From the IMG/VR virus record IMGVR_UViG_3300033143_005875, positions 1 to 54,768 of that record: DNA of 54,768 bases; one strand, written 5' to 3'. The notes under the pieces are model-generated. The model was not told the origin of the DNA, did no database searches, and was given only the letters and a program-made list of their open reading frames with translations. This document shows, piece after piece, positions 26,587-36,423 of the stretch (its first letter is position 1; each line of letters starts with the position of its first letter). The DNA is from a virus (taxonomy: Duplodnaviria; Caudoviricetes). The translations under genes and the position numbers were made by a program.

Positions 26587-27819
26587 ATGCCGCCCACCGC
26601 CGCCGCTGCCCTCCGAGAGCACAACTTCCGCTATCACTCGCTGAACTCGCCGACTATCTCCGACGCACAATACGACAGCCTGAAGGCTCAGGCCGTTGCC
26701 GATGGGCACACCCCCGCTACCGTGGGCGCCCCCCCGCCGCAAGACGTCCCCACCGTGCCCCACCGCGCCCCCATGCTCTCCCTGAATAGCACCACCGACC
26801 CCGACGCCCTCCGCGCCTGGCACGCGAGCACCCTGGCCATCCTGGACGTCCCCGCCGCAGAGTTCGTCGCATCCCCCAAGATCGACGGCCTCGCCGTCAG
26901 TATCCTCTACCGCCGCGGCGAGCTCGCTCAGGCCAGCACGCGCGGCGACGGCCACACGGGGCAGGACGTCACCGCTGCCGTCCGCACGATCCTCAGCGTT
27001 CCGCTCGGGCTCGATGCCTCGGTCGCACCCGTTCCCGACCTGCTCGAGGTTCGTGGCGAAGCCTACTTTGCCCCCGACGACTTCGATATCCTGAACGACC
27101 GCCGCAGGGAGGACGGCCTGCCCCCATTCGCCAACGCCCGCAACGCAGCCGCAGGCTCCGTCCGCCTCGCCGACCCCGACGAGGCCGCCGAACGCCCGCT
27201 CGCCTTCCTCGCATACGGCATCGGCCTCTGTGATGGCGTCTCCTGCCCCACATACGCCGCCCAGCTCTCCCTCCTCACCGCGCTCGGCTTCCCCCAAATG
27301 ATGCACCACGTCTGCCCCGACCTCCAGCGCGCCCTCGACTGCTGGGACGACCTCTCCGACCGCCGCGACGGCCTCCTCTTCGAGATCGACGGCATGGTGC
27401 TCGCAGCCAACCGCCTCGACCACCAGGCCACCCTCGGCTCGGGCACCACGGCCCCCCACTACGCAATCGCCATCAAGTTCGCGCCCGCCGCCACCGCCAC
27501 CGTGATCCGCGCCATTGACTTCTCTGTCTCCCGCACGGGGCGCATCACGCCCATCGCAGTGTTCGACCCCATCCGCGTCGCGGGGGCCACGCTCCGCCGC
27601 GCCTCCCTCTACAATCAGGCCAATATCGACTGGCTGGACATCCGCATCGGGGATGCCGTCACCATCGAGCGCTCCGGCGGCTGCACCCCCGTGGTGACCG
27701 CCGTCCTCCGCGAGCGCCGCACCGGCACGGAGATCCCCGCCCGCGTGCCCGACCGCTGCCCGGGCTGCGGCGCACCCGTCCACACCGTCAAGGGCTTCCA
27801 GGTCTGCTCCAACCCATAG
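26587..27819 (+). CDS. ligA: NAD+-dependent DNA ligase, C-terminally truncated (Ia, adenylation, OB and partial Zn finger)
   Basis: YH...PTISDAQYD, PMLSL, PKIDGLA, STRGDG.TGQDVT, EVRGEAY, FANARNAAAGS, EIDGMV, AIAIKF, RTGRITP, CPGC; RBS AAAGGAG. Confidence 0.92.
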   Translation: MPPTAAAALREHNFRYHSLNSPTISDAQYDSLKAQAVADGHTPATVGAPPPQDVPTVPHRAPMLSLNSTTDPDALRAWHASTLAILDVPAAEFVASPKIDGLAVSILYRRGELAQASTRGDGHTGQDVTAAVRTILSVPLGLDASVAPVPDLLEVRGEAYFAPDDFDILNDRRREDGLPPFANARNAAAGSVRLADPDEAAERPLAFLAYGIGLCDGVSCPTYAAQLSLLTALGFPQMMHHVCPDLQRALDCWDDLSDRRDGLLFEIDGMVLAANRLDHQATLGSGTTAPHYAIAIKFAPAATATVIRAIDFSVSRTGRITPIAVFDPIRVAGATLRRASLYNQANIDWLDIRIGDAVTIERSGGCTPVVTAVLRERRTGTEIPARVPDRCPGCGAPVHTVKGFQVCSNP

Positions 27820-27850
27820 GCACACCACTAGCCCGAGGAGAGCCACCCCC

Positions 27851-28060
27851 ATGCCCGCCACGCCGCGCAGCCCGCTCGAGGCCGCCCTGATCCGACACGG
27901 CATCTCCATCATCGCCCTGGCCACCCAGCTCCGCATCCAATACTCCTCCGTCTGGCGCGTCGTCGCGGGGAAATCCCTCATGACCCGCCCGCGCGCGGAA
28001 CGGTACGCCCGCGCCCTTCGCGACCTCGGCGTCAACGCTCTCTGGTCAGACATCCTCTGA
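27851..28060 (+). CDS. Small XRE-type helix-turn-helix protein
   Basis: GISIIALATQLRIQYSSVWRVVAG; RBS GAGGAG. Confidence 0.7.
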   Translation: MPATPRSPLEAALIRHGISIIALATQLRIQYSSVWRVVAGKSLMTRPRAERYARALRDLGVNALWSDIL

Positions 28061-28069
28061 TCCCGCCTC

Positions 28070-28927
28070 TCATGGCCCCCACTGCGCCGCCAGCCGCACC
28101 GCATACCGCCGACCCCGCGCCGCATCCTCGAGCTTGCTGCTCTGCACCGGCGCGTCGATGTCCAGCGCCCGAAGTACCAGATACGTCCCTGGGCTCTCCG
28201 CCGCCTTCTCACGCATCTCGCTCAGCAACGCCCCGAGCTGGTTCGTGAACGCCAGCTCCGCGACGTTCGGATAGTCCTGCGCCACCGACGCCACCGCGTC
28301 CATCACCCAGATCTCGAGCTCACCCTCCTGGTGGATCGTCACGTCCATATCACTGTGCTCGATCCCGTCCTCCCCGTGCCACACCAGCGCCAAGGGATAG
28401 TCGCAGCTCGTCCACTCCTCGGGATCCCCCACACCCACGATCCGCACGTACTCGAGCGCAGCCGCCGCGTCCGCCGCGCCCGTCCACCCCTGCCACGCCT
28501 CGCACGCCGCGATCAGCGACTGCATCCGCACCAGCGGCAGGCTGATACACCCCGTCCCCGTCGCCGCCACACCGCTCGTGACATACACCCGCACCGGCAC
28601 CACCGATACCGATACCAGACCCGCCGCCACCGCGTACGCCTCGAACTCATACCACGTGTTGTCGTCCAGGCCCGCCTGCGCGATCTCCACCGTCGTCTCG
28701 CCAGCACCCACCGTCCCGCTCGAGCCCGTCGTCCAGCTCCCCTCCGTCAGCTTCCGATAGACCAGCAGGCACTGCTGCTCCGCCACAGCCGTCACCGTCG
28801 CCGTCACCGCGTCCCCATCCCCGTCGTTCACGACCGTCAGGCCCGTCGGAGCCGCGGGCGCGGCCGCGCCGATCGTCGTCCACCACCCACCTGTGCCGAT
28901 ACTGAGAATATCACCCGGGATAGGCAC
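28070..28927 (-). CDS. Fn3 domain fused to a putative tail terminator-like domain
   Basis: APAAPTGLTV...GLDDNTWYEFEAYA Fn3; position in the neck region. Confidence 0.6.
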   Translation of the reverse strand: MPIPGDILSIGTGGWWTTIGAAAPAAPTGLTVVNDGDGDAVTATVTAVAEQQCLLVYRKLTEGSWTTGSSGTVGAGETTVEIAQAGLDDNTWYEFEAYAVAAGLVSVSVVPVRVYVTSGVAATGTGCISLPLVRMQSLIAACEAWQGWTGAADAAAALEYVRIVGVGDPEEWTSCDYPLALVWHGEDGIEHSDMDVTIHQEGELEIWVMDAVASVAQDYPNVAELAFTNQLGALLSEMREKAAESPGTYLVLRALDIDAPVQSSKLEDAARGRRYAVRLAAQWGP

Positions 28928-30156
28928 TACAGAGGTGTCCTAAGACTGGACGTGATCGTGAACGTGCCGAGCACCGTCGTCCCGTCCGTGTCGTAAATCG
29001 TGACCGTGTCCCCCACACCCGCCATCTTGCACCAGGCCGACGCGTGCAGCCGCTTCACCACCGTCGCGAACGTCAGCGTGTTGCCCACCTCCCAGCCCGT
29101 GCTCGCCTTCAGCGCCGTCGCCGTGTCCGCCGCACTGTGCGTGCTGAACCCCACGGCCGTCGCCCAGTTGCCCTGATTCCCCTGGAGCTCCGCCGTGTCC
29201 GCCAGCACCGCGTCCACCACCCCGTCCACCGTCGCCAGCGCCGTCGCCGTCGCCACGTTCGCCGTCAGGAAGTCCAGCTTCGCCGCCCGCGCGTCCGTCC
29301 ACTGCACGCTGCTCAGCGCCGTCGCCGCCAGCGCCGCGTTGTCCGTGCCCCGCTGGTCCGTGCAGGTCGTCACCGTGTCGCAGAGTGTGACGCGCGCCAC
29401 CGTGTCTGCGGCGGCATCGAAGTAGGAGGCCGCGAGCAGCGTCCGCGCGTTGAACTCTGCGACGGTCGGCACGTCGAGGATCAGATCCTTGAGTGCGAGG
29501 TTGCCGTAGACCACGCTCGTGACGGCCGACCAGGTCTGCGTGATGTAGGTCGCCTTGGCATCCGTCCACGTCGCGTTGCTCAGCGCCGTCCCGGCGGGTG
29601 CCCGCGTCGAGATCGCCGCGTCGAGCCTGGCCAGCAGCGTGTCGATATCGAGGCCCCCCGCGTCGCTCACCGGCAGTCCGCCGGCCGCGTCCGCTGCCGC
29701 ATTGGGGATCGCCCCAGGCGTCACGTTGCCGCTCGCCCACTTCAGCACGTCCGCCGGCTCGATACGCACTCCCGCCGCGATCCAGACCTCCATCCGCGCG
29801 ACGATCGTATCCGCCGCGAGATCCTCCATCGCCTGGACGATGAAGACCTTGGCCGTGGCCGTGTTGTACACCGTCGCCAGGTTGCAGGACGCGACGTACA
29901 GGCTCTCGTCGGCGTCGCCGGCGTCCGTCTTCTCGGTGGCCGCCAGCTTCGGGGTCGTGCAGGCGCCCAGGCTCGTCTCCCACGCGCCGTCGTCCCAATC
30001 GAACGTGCCCATGTTGGCGCCGGCGCCGACCGAGGCGTCGAAGATGTAGAAGAACACGTTCACGCCCGCCGTGTGCTGGACGGCGAGCTGCTCCGTATCC
30101 GCGAGGGCGCACGTCGCCACCAGCAGGGCGAGGGCCACGGTCAGGATGCGCTTCAT
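28927..30156 (-). CDS. Ala/Thr-rich fibre-like protein with N-terminal signal peptide
   Basis: MKRILTVALALLVATCALA-DT; repeats ALS...WTDA.A. Confidence 0.7.
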   Translation of the reverse strand: MKRILTVALALLVATCALADTEQLAVQHTAGVNVFFYIFDASVGAGANMGTFDWDDGAWETSLGACTTPKLAATEKTDAGDADESLYVASCNLATVYNTATAKVFIVQAMEDLAADTIVARMEVWIAAGVRIEPADVLKWASGNVTPGAIPNAAADAAGGLPVSDAGGLDIDTLLARLDAAISTRAPAGTALSNATWTDAKATYITQTWSAVTSVVYGNLALKDLILDVPTVAEFNARTLLAASYFDAAADTVARVTLCDTVTTCTDQRGTDNAALAATALSSVQWTDARAAKLDFLTANVATATALATVDGVVDAVLADTAELQGNQGNWATAVGFSTHSAADTATALKASTGWEVGNTLTFATVVKRLHASAWCKMAGVGDTVTIYDTDGTTVLGTFTITSSLRTPL

Positions 30157-30563
30157 TCGATTATCCCCTTCTTCTGGAGCAGCCACAGGCACAGCTTGCG
30201 CAGCACCTCTCTGTTGGTCACCGCGTCAGGCTGCGCGCGGCACCACGCCGCGATCTGCGTGCCCGCCATGAAGTCGGTGAACTCCTGCCGCTCGGGGTCA
30301 GGCTCGCCCGTCTCGGGGTCCGTGTGGTTGCGCAGCGTGAGGTTGTCGTTGGCGCGGGCGAAGTAGGGCGTGCCGCCGCCGCGCGAGAACTCCAGGCGGA
30401 GTGTCCGCGCGGGCGCGTCGAGCCTGAGCACGAGGGGCTTGCACTTGTCACTGGTGTAGCCCACGACGACGGGCGTCTTCAGCGGCTCCTCGGGGAAGTC
30501 CGCCTCCGCCGCGTAGCCCAGCCCGCAGGCCAGCATCACCACGAGCGTCAACACAGTCCTCAT
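30153..30563 (-). CDS. Small protein with signal peptide
   Basis: MRTVLTLVVMLACGLGYA-AEA. Confidence 0.65.
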   Translation of the reverse strand: MRTVLTLVVMLACGLGYAAEADFPEEPLKTPVVVGYTSDKCKPLVLRLDAPARTLRLEFSRGGGTPYFARANDNLTLRNHTDPETGEPDPERQEFTDFMAGTQIAAWCRAQPDAVTNREVLRKLCLWLLQKKGIIE

Positions 30564-30574
30564 CACGATTCTCC

Positions 30575-31996
30575 TCACTCCCCAAGGCCGTCGCAGACGT
30601 ACTCCAGGTGCAGGCTCAGCACTACGGGCTCAGCCGTCGGGTTGGCCCCAGCCCCCCCGTCCAGCACCACGCGCTTGAAGGTGATGCCGATTGTGTCGTG
30701 GTCCACGATGCTGCCAGCAGGGATGCTGCCCAGGTTGTTGTAGACCACGCGTTTCGCCACCGCGTTGATCGCGATGTCCCCGCTGTCGATGGTGTCCGTG
30801 TGGGTGGGCGCGTCAACGGCCTCCGTGCCGTCGTGCGGGACCGCACTCCACTTCACCTCCCACTGCACGTCCTTCGTGTTGTCCCCCTCATCGATGTACC
30901 ACGTGATGTGGACTTCGATGTCGGCGCTCGTGTCGCAGTCGTGCGGAAGTTCCATCGTGATGACCGAATCGTCGCCGATGCCATACGACCAGCCCGTGAA
31001 GTTGCCCGCGATGACCTGGTCGGGCTTCGTGTTGCCCTTGCCGAAGTTAGCGTTCGCGATGGACCGGTGCATCGACGTGCGGGCGGTGCCGTGCAGGGAC
31101 AGCGTGCCGTCCGCTGCGAACGCCGCGTAGTTCGTCGTCCCGCCGTCGCCGAAGTCGGAGCCGCGCGCGCTGATCCCGCCCAGCTTGTCGATGGAGCCTA
31201 GCTCGTTCGCACCGTCGTCGCTCCACTCCATGAAGTTGCCATTGATCGTCCCCCCGTTCGTCACATCCCTGTGCAGGTGCAGCAGCGCGCCCGCCTCGTT
31301 GTAGGGGCCGCCGCCGCCTGCCGTGAGGTCGATGTCCCTGCGAATCGTGACACAGTCCTGGTCCAGATGGGCGGTCACGTCATCCTGCGCTAGCGCCCCG
31401 CGCCCCATTGTAAGTTCGGCGGAATCTTCCAGCTTCATCTGCGTGGCACCGCCGGCGTTGAAGTAGATCTCGTCATTGTGGTGAGCAGCACTGACCGAGC
31501 CGAACGACAGGGCGGCATCGTCCGCTGTCCAGGAGACGAATGTTTGCTGCTTGATGCGGATCACGCCCGTCCGCGCGTTGATTGTGCCATTCACATCCAG
31601 GGCATAGGATGGCGTCCCGTAGTGAACGCCGACATCACCATCCTCATCCACGACAAATACAGCGGTGCCCGCGATACCCGCCCAGACCAGGTCGGCGTTC
31701 GCGGTCGCGCTCGCGGGGTTCACCACGAGCGTGCTCGTCGTGGACGTGGTGCCCGTCGGCACGCCCGTCAGCGTCAGCGACGTGGGGCTCGCCGTCATCG
31801 TCTGCATCGCCGTCCACGTATACGCCTTGGACGTATTCGGCGTGTCGGACGGCAGCAAAGCGCCAAGCATCGCCCCGTCGAGCCACCGGTAGACCGCCAG
31901 CCCGTGCATCACGCCCAGCGGCAGCGGTGGCCTCCGAGCCTCCGCACCGCTCCCCAGCGCACACAGCGCCAGCAGGATCGTCACGATTCGCTTCAT
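30575..31996 (-). CDS. Beta-rich fibre/adhesin-like protein with signal peptide
   Basis: MKRIVTILLALCALGSGAEA; GDVGV..GTPSYALDVNG fibre-type repeat. Confidence 0.7.
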   Translation of the reverse strand: MKRIVTILLALCALGSGAEARRPPLPLGVMHGLAVYRWLDGAMLGALLPSDTPNTSKAYTWTAMQTMTASPTSLTLTGVPTGTTSTTSTLVVNPASATANADLVWAGIAGTAVFVVDEDGDVGVHYGTPSYALDVNGTINARTGVIRIKQQTFVSWTADDAALSFGSVSAAHHNDEIYFNAGGATQMKLEDSAELTMGRGALAQDDVTAHLDQDCVTIRRDIDLTAGGGGPYNEAGALLHLHRDVTNGGTINGNFMEWSDDGANELGSIDKLGGISARGSDFGDGGTTNYAAFAADGTLSLHGTARTSMHRSIANANFGKGNTKPDQVIAGNFTGWSYGIGDDSVITMELPHDCDTSADIEVHITWYIDEGDNTKDVQWEVKWSAVPHDGTEAVDAPTHTDTIDSGDIAINAVAKRVVYNNLGSIPAGSIVDHDTIGITFKRVVLDGGAGANPTAEPVVLSLHLEYVCDGLGE

Positions 31997-32007
31997 CGTC
32001 GTATTCC

Positions 32008-32343
32008 TCACTTCTCGCGCCGCAGGTCGTCCAGCTTGTCATTCACCCGCCGCAGCTCACCCTTGATCTCGTCCAGCACCGCCTCCATCCGCAACAGCCC
32101 CGCCTCCTGCACCGCCACCGTCTTCTCGAGCGCCACCACCCGCTCCGCGACCTTCGCCCCGGCATTCGCCCCGCCGCCGCCGATTCCGATCACGTCCCCC
32201 ACGTCCAGGCCCAGCATCGCCAGCACCAGCAGGATCAGCAGCCATTGGAGCGGCTGCTTCGCCATCCGCCCGATCAGCGCCGCCAGCAGCTTGTTCCCGT
32301 TCCCGCCGTTGCCCGCCGCCTGTCCATCCGCTGTGGATGCCAT
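32008..32343 (-). CDS. Single-TM coiled-coil protein (holin/spanin-like candidate)
   Basis: WLLILLVLAMLGL followed by heptad coiled coil. Confidence 0.5.
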   Translation of the reverse strand: MASTADGQAAGNGGNGNKLLAALIGRMAKQPLQWLLILLVLAMLGLDVGDVIGIGGGGANAGAKVAERVVALEKTVAVQEAGLLRMEAVLDEIKGELRRVNDKLDDLRREK

Positions 32344-32358
32344 CGATACTCTCCTGTG

Positions 32359-33015
32359 CTACTCGACCACCCGCACCTCGTGTGTCACCGTCTCGAGCTC
32401 GCCGGTCACACCCAGGTCGCTCGGGCACGTCCACCGCGCCGCATACCGCGGCACGTCGTCATAGCCCCCGAACACCTCCCACGTGCTCCTGCTCGTGTAC
32501 GACGAGCAGATCGTCGCCAGCAGCTTCCACGCCGGCCGCACAGCCTCCTCCATCGGGCACCAGCTCAGCGGGATCCGGTAGAGCAGCCGCAGCAGCCGAC
32601 GCGTCGCATACGTCACCCGCCCGATGTTCGCCGCATGCCACTCCGCCGCCCGCTCCTCGATCCCCTCGCTCGCCGCCCGCACCGCCGCCGGAACGTCCCG
32701 CAGCGTCACGCAATACCCCGCACGCACCTGATCCGTCAGCAGCGTGGGCTCCAGCCCGCCCGCACACGCGTCCACCGTGTACGTCCCCGGCAGCAGATCC
32801 CTGCCCAGGTGCGGCAGCTCCGTCCTCTCCCACACCACCCACACCGGCGCCGCGTGGGCGTAGCCCGAGAACTTGCCCTCCCAGAGCATCCGCGGCGCCT
32901 GCCCCAGCGTCAGCCCGAACGACAGGAGCGCACCTGGCACCTCCCGCACCCGCCGCGGCGGCCTCGGCACCGTCAGCGCCACCATCCCCGTCAGAGGCTC
33001 TGGCTCCAACCGCAT
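32359..33015 (-). CDS. Hypothetical protein
   Basis: Tiles with neighbours; start MRLEPEP. Confidence 0.5.
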   Translation of the reverse strand: MRLEPEPLTGMVALTVPRPPRRVREVPGALLSFGLTLGQAPRMLWEGKFSGYAHAAPVWVVWERTELPHLGRDLLPGTYTVDACAGGLEPTLLTDQVRAGYCVTLRDVPAAVRAASEGIEERAAEWHAANIGRVTYATRRLLRLLYRIPLSWCPMEEAVRPAWKLLATICSSYTSRSTWEVFGGYDDVPRYAARWTCPSDLGVTGELETVTHEVRVVE

Positions 33016-33251
33016 CAGTCGCTCCCGTCGTCCGCAGGGTTCATCACGGGGCACGTCGCGATCGCGAGCTGGCCCAGCCGCGCGATCGCCTGCGCCTGAG
33101 ACGCCAGCCTGCTCTTCCTCACTGTCGCGATCTCCGCCTCCGCCGCCGACCACTGCTCCTCCGTCACCTGCCCGGGGAAGAACCTGTGGATCAGCACCAG
33201 CGCAAACAGCACCTCGCCCACCGCACCCAGCAGTCCGCCTATTCCGAACAT
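33015..33251 (-). CDS. Small membrane protein
   Basis: MFGIGGLLGAVGEVLFALVLI; RBS AAGGAGAG. Confidence 0.55.
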   Translation of the reverse strand: MFGIGGLLGAVGEVLFALVLIHRFFPGQVTEEQWSAAEAEIATVRKSRLASQAQAIARLGQLAIATCPVMNPADDGSD

Positions 33252-33303
33252 GTCGCTCTCCTTTTCTTCCCTCCCCCTGACCTCTGACCGCTGACCTCTG
33301 TCC

Positions 33304-33651
33304 TTATGCCCTATAACCGCTCCGGCTCGCCTCATACCACTCCGGCCGCACACAATGCAGCGTCACCATCCCCGCCTCCGGCCCGTCCCAACTCTCCACC
33401 ACCAGCGTCACCCCCCGCACCACCACCTCCTTCCCATAGTCCGGCTCCGCCACGTCCTCCGTGCTCAGCACCACCGCCGCCCGCGTCACCTTGTCCTGCC
33501 CCAGCTCCCCCTCCTCGACGTCCGTCCCCTCCACCGCCACGTCCACCGCCGTCACCGCCGCCCCGTCATACGTCACCGCCTCCCCGTACTCGCCTTGCAG
33601 CGCGTCCCGAGGCCCCGCCGCCGCCGTCCACCTGTCGTCAAACTCACTCAC
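33304..33651 (-). CDS. Head-tail joining protein (gpFII-like)
   Basis: ~115 aa beta protein GEAVTY...DGPEAGMVTL after the head module. Confidence 0.55.
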   Translation of the reverse strand: MSEFDDRWTAAAGPRDALQGEYGEAVTYDGAAVTAVDVAVEGTDVEEGELGQDKVTRAAVVLSTEDVAEPDYGKEVVVRGVTLVVESWDGPEAGMVTLHCVRPEWYEASRSGYRA

Positions 33652-34636
33652 CGCCCGCCCCTATCTTCCCGCTTCTCGTGCTCGTGCTCTTGCTCGTGCT
33701 CTTCCACCCCCCTCTTCCAATCGCGAATCGGCAATCGCCGATCGCCGATTGCGGCGCCCGCCCCAGCATCCGCTCGAAGAACGCACTCACCGTCCACCGC
33801 TCCAGCACCACCACCCTGGCCGCCGCCGCCACCGCCGCTCGCTCCCGAGGCCGCTTCCCCCACCACCGCACCTGCGCCACCAGCTCCCCCAGGTCACCGA
33901 ACGTCGGCACCATCGGGAACTCCCGCACCACCGCCGCACTCCTGCGAGCCACCATGAACCCGCCGACCGCCGGGATCTCGAAGTGCCGGCAGATCAGATA
34001 CTCCGCGTCCCCGCCACCCCACTCGATCGGCCACACGACGTTCACCGGCACGCTTTGATACACCAGCTTCACCCGCTCCACCGGCAGCCACTGCACCCCT
34101 GGCAGCCCGCGGCCCCACACCGCCACCTCGAGCCCCGCCGCACGCAGCGCCGCAATCGCCCGCTGCCTGCACGGATAGAGCACCCCCACCACCGACGCGT
34201 CCGCGTGCGCCCCGTAGCACTCCTGCTCCCGCCACCCCACGTCCTCCGGGCTCCACACCCCAGGGTCGATCCCCACGTGATCCACCCGCACGACCTGACC
34301 CTGCCCCGCATACCACTGGAGATCGTCCGCCGTGCACACCACCTGGTCGTCGCACGCCTTCGCCAGCTCGTCGTATATCGGCCGCTTCGTCACCGGCGGA
34401 TCGTACGTCCACCACACCACACGCGCCCCGTGCGCCTGCCACATCCGCACCAAGTCGGGATTCAGGCTCGTCCGATCCTTGAAGTCGCCCTGCTGCAAGG
34501 CCACGACGTCCGGCCACTCGCCCTTCACCACCAGCGGCCCGTGCCGGTAGTTCCACACCCCACACTCGTGCCCCAGCCCCACGACCGCCGCCTGGCTCGC
34601 CGCCGTCGCGTATGTCTGCACCAAGAGCACTCTCAT
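33644..34636 (-). CDS. Glycosyltransferase (CgeB / GT-B type)
   Basis: WWTYDPP, VVGVLYPCR, VWGRG, RHFEIPAVGGF motifs. Confidence 0.8.
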   Translation of the reverse strand: MRVLLVQTYATAASQAAVVGLGHECGVWNYRHGPLVVKGEWPDVVALQQGDFKDRTSLNPDLVRMWQAHGARVVWWTYDPPVTKRPIYDELAKACDDQVVCTADDLQWYAGQGQVVRVDHVGIDPGVWSPEDVGWREQECYGAHADASVVGVLYPCRQRAIAALRAAGLEVAVWGRGLPGVQWLPVERVKLVYQSVPVNVVWPIEWGGGDAEYLICRHFEIPAVGGFMVARRSAAVVREFPMVPTFGDLGELVAQVRWWGKRPRERAAVAAAARVVVLERWTVSAFFERMLGRAPQSAIGDCRFAIGRGGWKSTSKSTSTRSGKIGAGGE

Positions 34637-35376
34637 CGGCGCACCCATTCCACCGCCTCGTTGTCCGCGTTCCCGTCCGTCTCCAGACGCCGCACCTCCC
34701 TGAAGCCCGCCCCGCTCATCACCCCCACCAGGCTCTCCGTCTCCGTGACGTGCAGGCCCACATTCCCCCTCGCGCCCACGGTCCCGTTCCGTGTGAACGG
34801 CGCCGAGTAGCAGAATGCCCCGCCGCGCCGCACCATCGGCAGCACGTCCTCTCGAAGCCACCGCGGCCAGTCGGGCACGTGCTCGATTACGTCGAAGGCC
34901 GTCACCACGTCATACCCGCCTGATATCACCCTCCTGCCGAACACCACCTCCCCCTCACACTCCCCCGCATGGCACTCCCACCGCGACCGCGTGAACGCCT
35001 CGTTCAGCAGCCCGAGGTCGTGATACCCCGCCCGCCCGCCACGCTGCGCCATATACAGCACGTCCGTCCCGATCCCGCCACCAATGTCCAGGCACCGCTT
35101 CCCCGCCAGCTCCATCCCCGGCAGCACTGCCCCCACCGTGCACCAGCACGGCCGGCACAGCGTGAACAGATACCCCTGCGCCGCCCGGTAGAACCACCGC
35201 AGCTCCTCCACCGTATTCGGGTCCCAGAACACCCACTCCTGCGCGTGCAGGCTCCCCGAGCGATACGCACGCTCCCTGCACACCGCCAGCGGCAGCCCCG
35301 TCCACGCCGCCAGATCCGCCAACGCCGCGCCCGCAAACCCAGGGTCCGCTATCGCCTCATGCTCCATCCACGGCAC
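34633..35376 (-). CDS. Class I SAM-dependent methyltransferase
   Basis: CLDIGGGIG, YDVVTAFDVIEHVPD. Confidence 0.85.
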   Translation of the reverse strand: MPWMEHEAIADPGFAGAALADLAAWTGLPLAVCRERAYRSGSLHAQEWVFWDPNTVEELRWFYRAAQGYLFTLCRPCWCTVGAVLPGMELAGKRCLDIGGGIGTDVLYMAQRGGRAGYHDLGLLNEAFTRSRWECHAGECEGEVVFGRRVISGGYDVVTAFDVIEHVPDWPRWLREDVLPMVRRGGAFCYSAPFTRNGTVGARGNVGLHVTETESLVGVMSGAGFREVRRLETDGNADNEAVEWVRR

Positions 35377-36412
35377 CCCTCACCAGCCGCTCCAGGATCT
35401 CGTCCAGGCCCACCTCCGCCCGCCACCCCTCGTGCTCCCGCCGAAACTTCCCCGTGTCCGTGATCCAGATCGCGTGATCCCCCAGCCGCGGCCGCTCCTC
35501 ATACGTCCACTCGACCCGATGCCCCAGCTCACCCAGCCGCCCGATGGCCTCCAGCACGCTCACACTGTTCGCCCGCCCGCCCCCGAGGTTGTACACCGCG
35601 CCCGTCCCAGGCCGCTCCACCGACGCCCAGCACGCTCGCGCCACGTCCTCCGCGTGCAACTGATCCCGCACCTGCTTCCCCCCGTGCCCGATCACCGTAT
35701 ACCGCCGCCCACCCACCGCACACCGCGTCAGGTAGCTCAGGAACCCGTGCAGCGCCACCCCCGCATGCCCCTCGCCCGTGAGGCATCCGCACCGCAGGCA
35801 CGTCGTCCGCAGCCCGAACGTCCGCCCATACTCCTGCACCAGCAGGTCAGCCGCCGCCTTGCTCACCCCGAACAGGCTGTGCAGGCTCCGATCCATCCGC
35901 ATCGTCTCGTCTATCCCGTCCCTGCTCCCGTCCGCCCAGTCATACCGCGTCTCCAACTCCACCATCGCCAGGTCGTTCACCGCGTCACCATACACCTTGT
36001 TCGTGCTCAGGAAGACGAACGGCGCCTCGGGACACCACTGCTGCGTGCACTCCAGCAGCCGCAGCGTCGCCGTCGCGTTCACCTGCCAGTCACGCCACAC
36101 GTGCTCCCGCGCCCAGTCGTGGCTCGGCTGCGCCGCACAGTGCACCACCGCGTCGAAGCCCTTGGTGTTCCGAAATGCCTTCCACAGGTTGTCGGCGGCG
36201 ATGTCCGTCCGCCACCATGTCAGCCGCCCACCCATCTCCGCCTCGAGCGCCCGGCCCGCCGCCGTCGTGTCCCCGCCCTCCCCGAAGTACTCCGCCCGCT
36301 GCCCGCCGTCGATCCCCGTGATGTTCCAGCCCCGACGCCCGAACTCGCGTACCACCGCACTCCCCACCAGCCCGCTGCTCCCCGTCACCAGCACCCGCCG
36401 CTCGCCTGCCAT
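35357..36412 (-). CDS. NAD-dependent nucleotide-sugar epimerase/dehydratase (CDP-paratose 2-epimerase-like)
   Basis: VLVTGSSGLVG, HCAAQPSHDWA, STNKVYGD, HSLFGVSKAAAD, KQVRD, YNLGGGRANS. Confidence 0.9.
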   Translation of the reverse strand: MAGERRVLVTGSSGLVGSAVVREFGRRGWNITGIDGGQRAEYFGEGGDTTAAGRALEAEMGGRLTWWRTDIAADNLWKAFRNTKGFDAVVHCAAQPSHDWAREHVWRDWQVNATATLRLLECTQQWCPEAPFVFLSTNKVYGDAVNDLAMVELETRYDWADGSRDGIDETMRMDRSLHSLFGVSKAAADLLVQEYGRTFGLRTTCLRCGCLTGEGHAGVALHGFLSYLTRCAVGGRRYTVIGHGGKQVRDQLHAEDVARACWASVERPGTGAVYNLGGGRANSVSVLEAIGRLGELGHRVEWTYEERPRLGDHAIWITDTGKFRREHEGWRAEVGLDEILERLVRGAVDGA

Positions 36413-36423
36413 CTTCCGCTCCT

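Noticed and set aside
26569-28212. 547-aa minus-strand ORF opposite the ligase
   Set aside because: The plus strand has unambiguous LigA motifs, a promoter and an RBS; the minus-strand ORF is a shadow.
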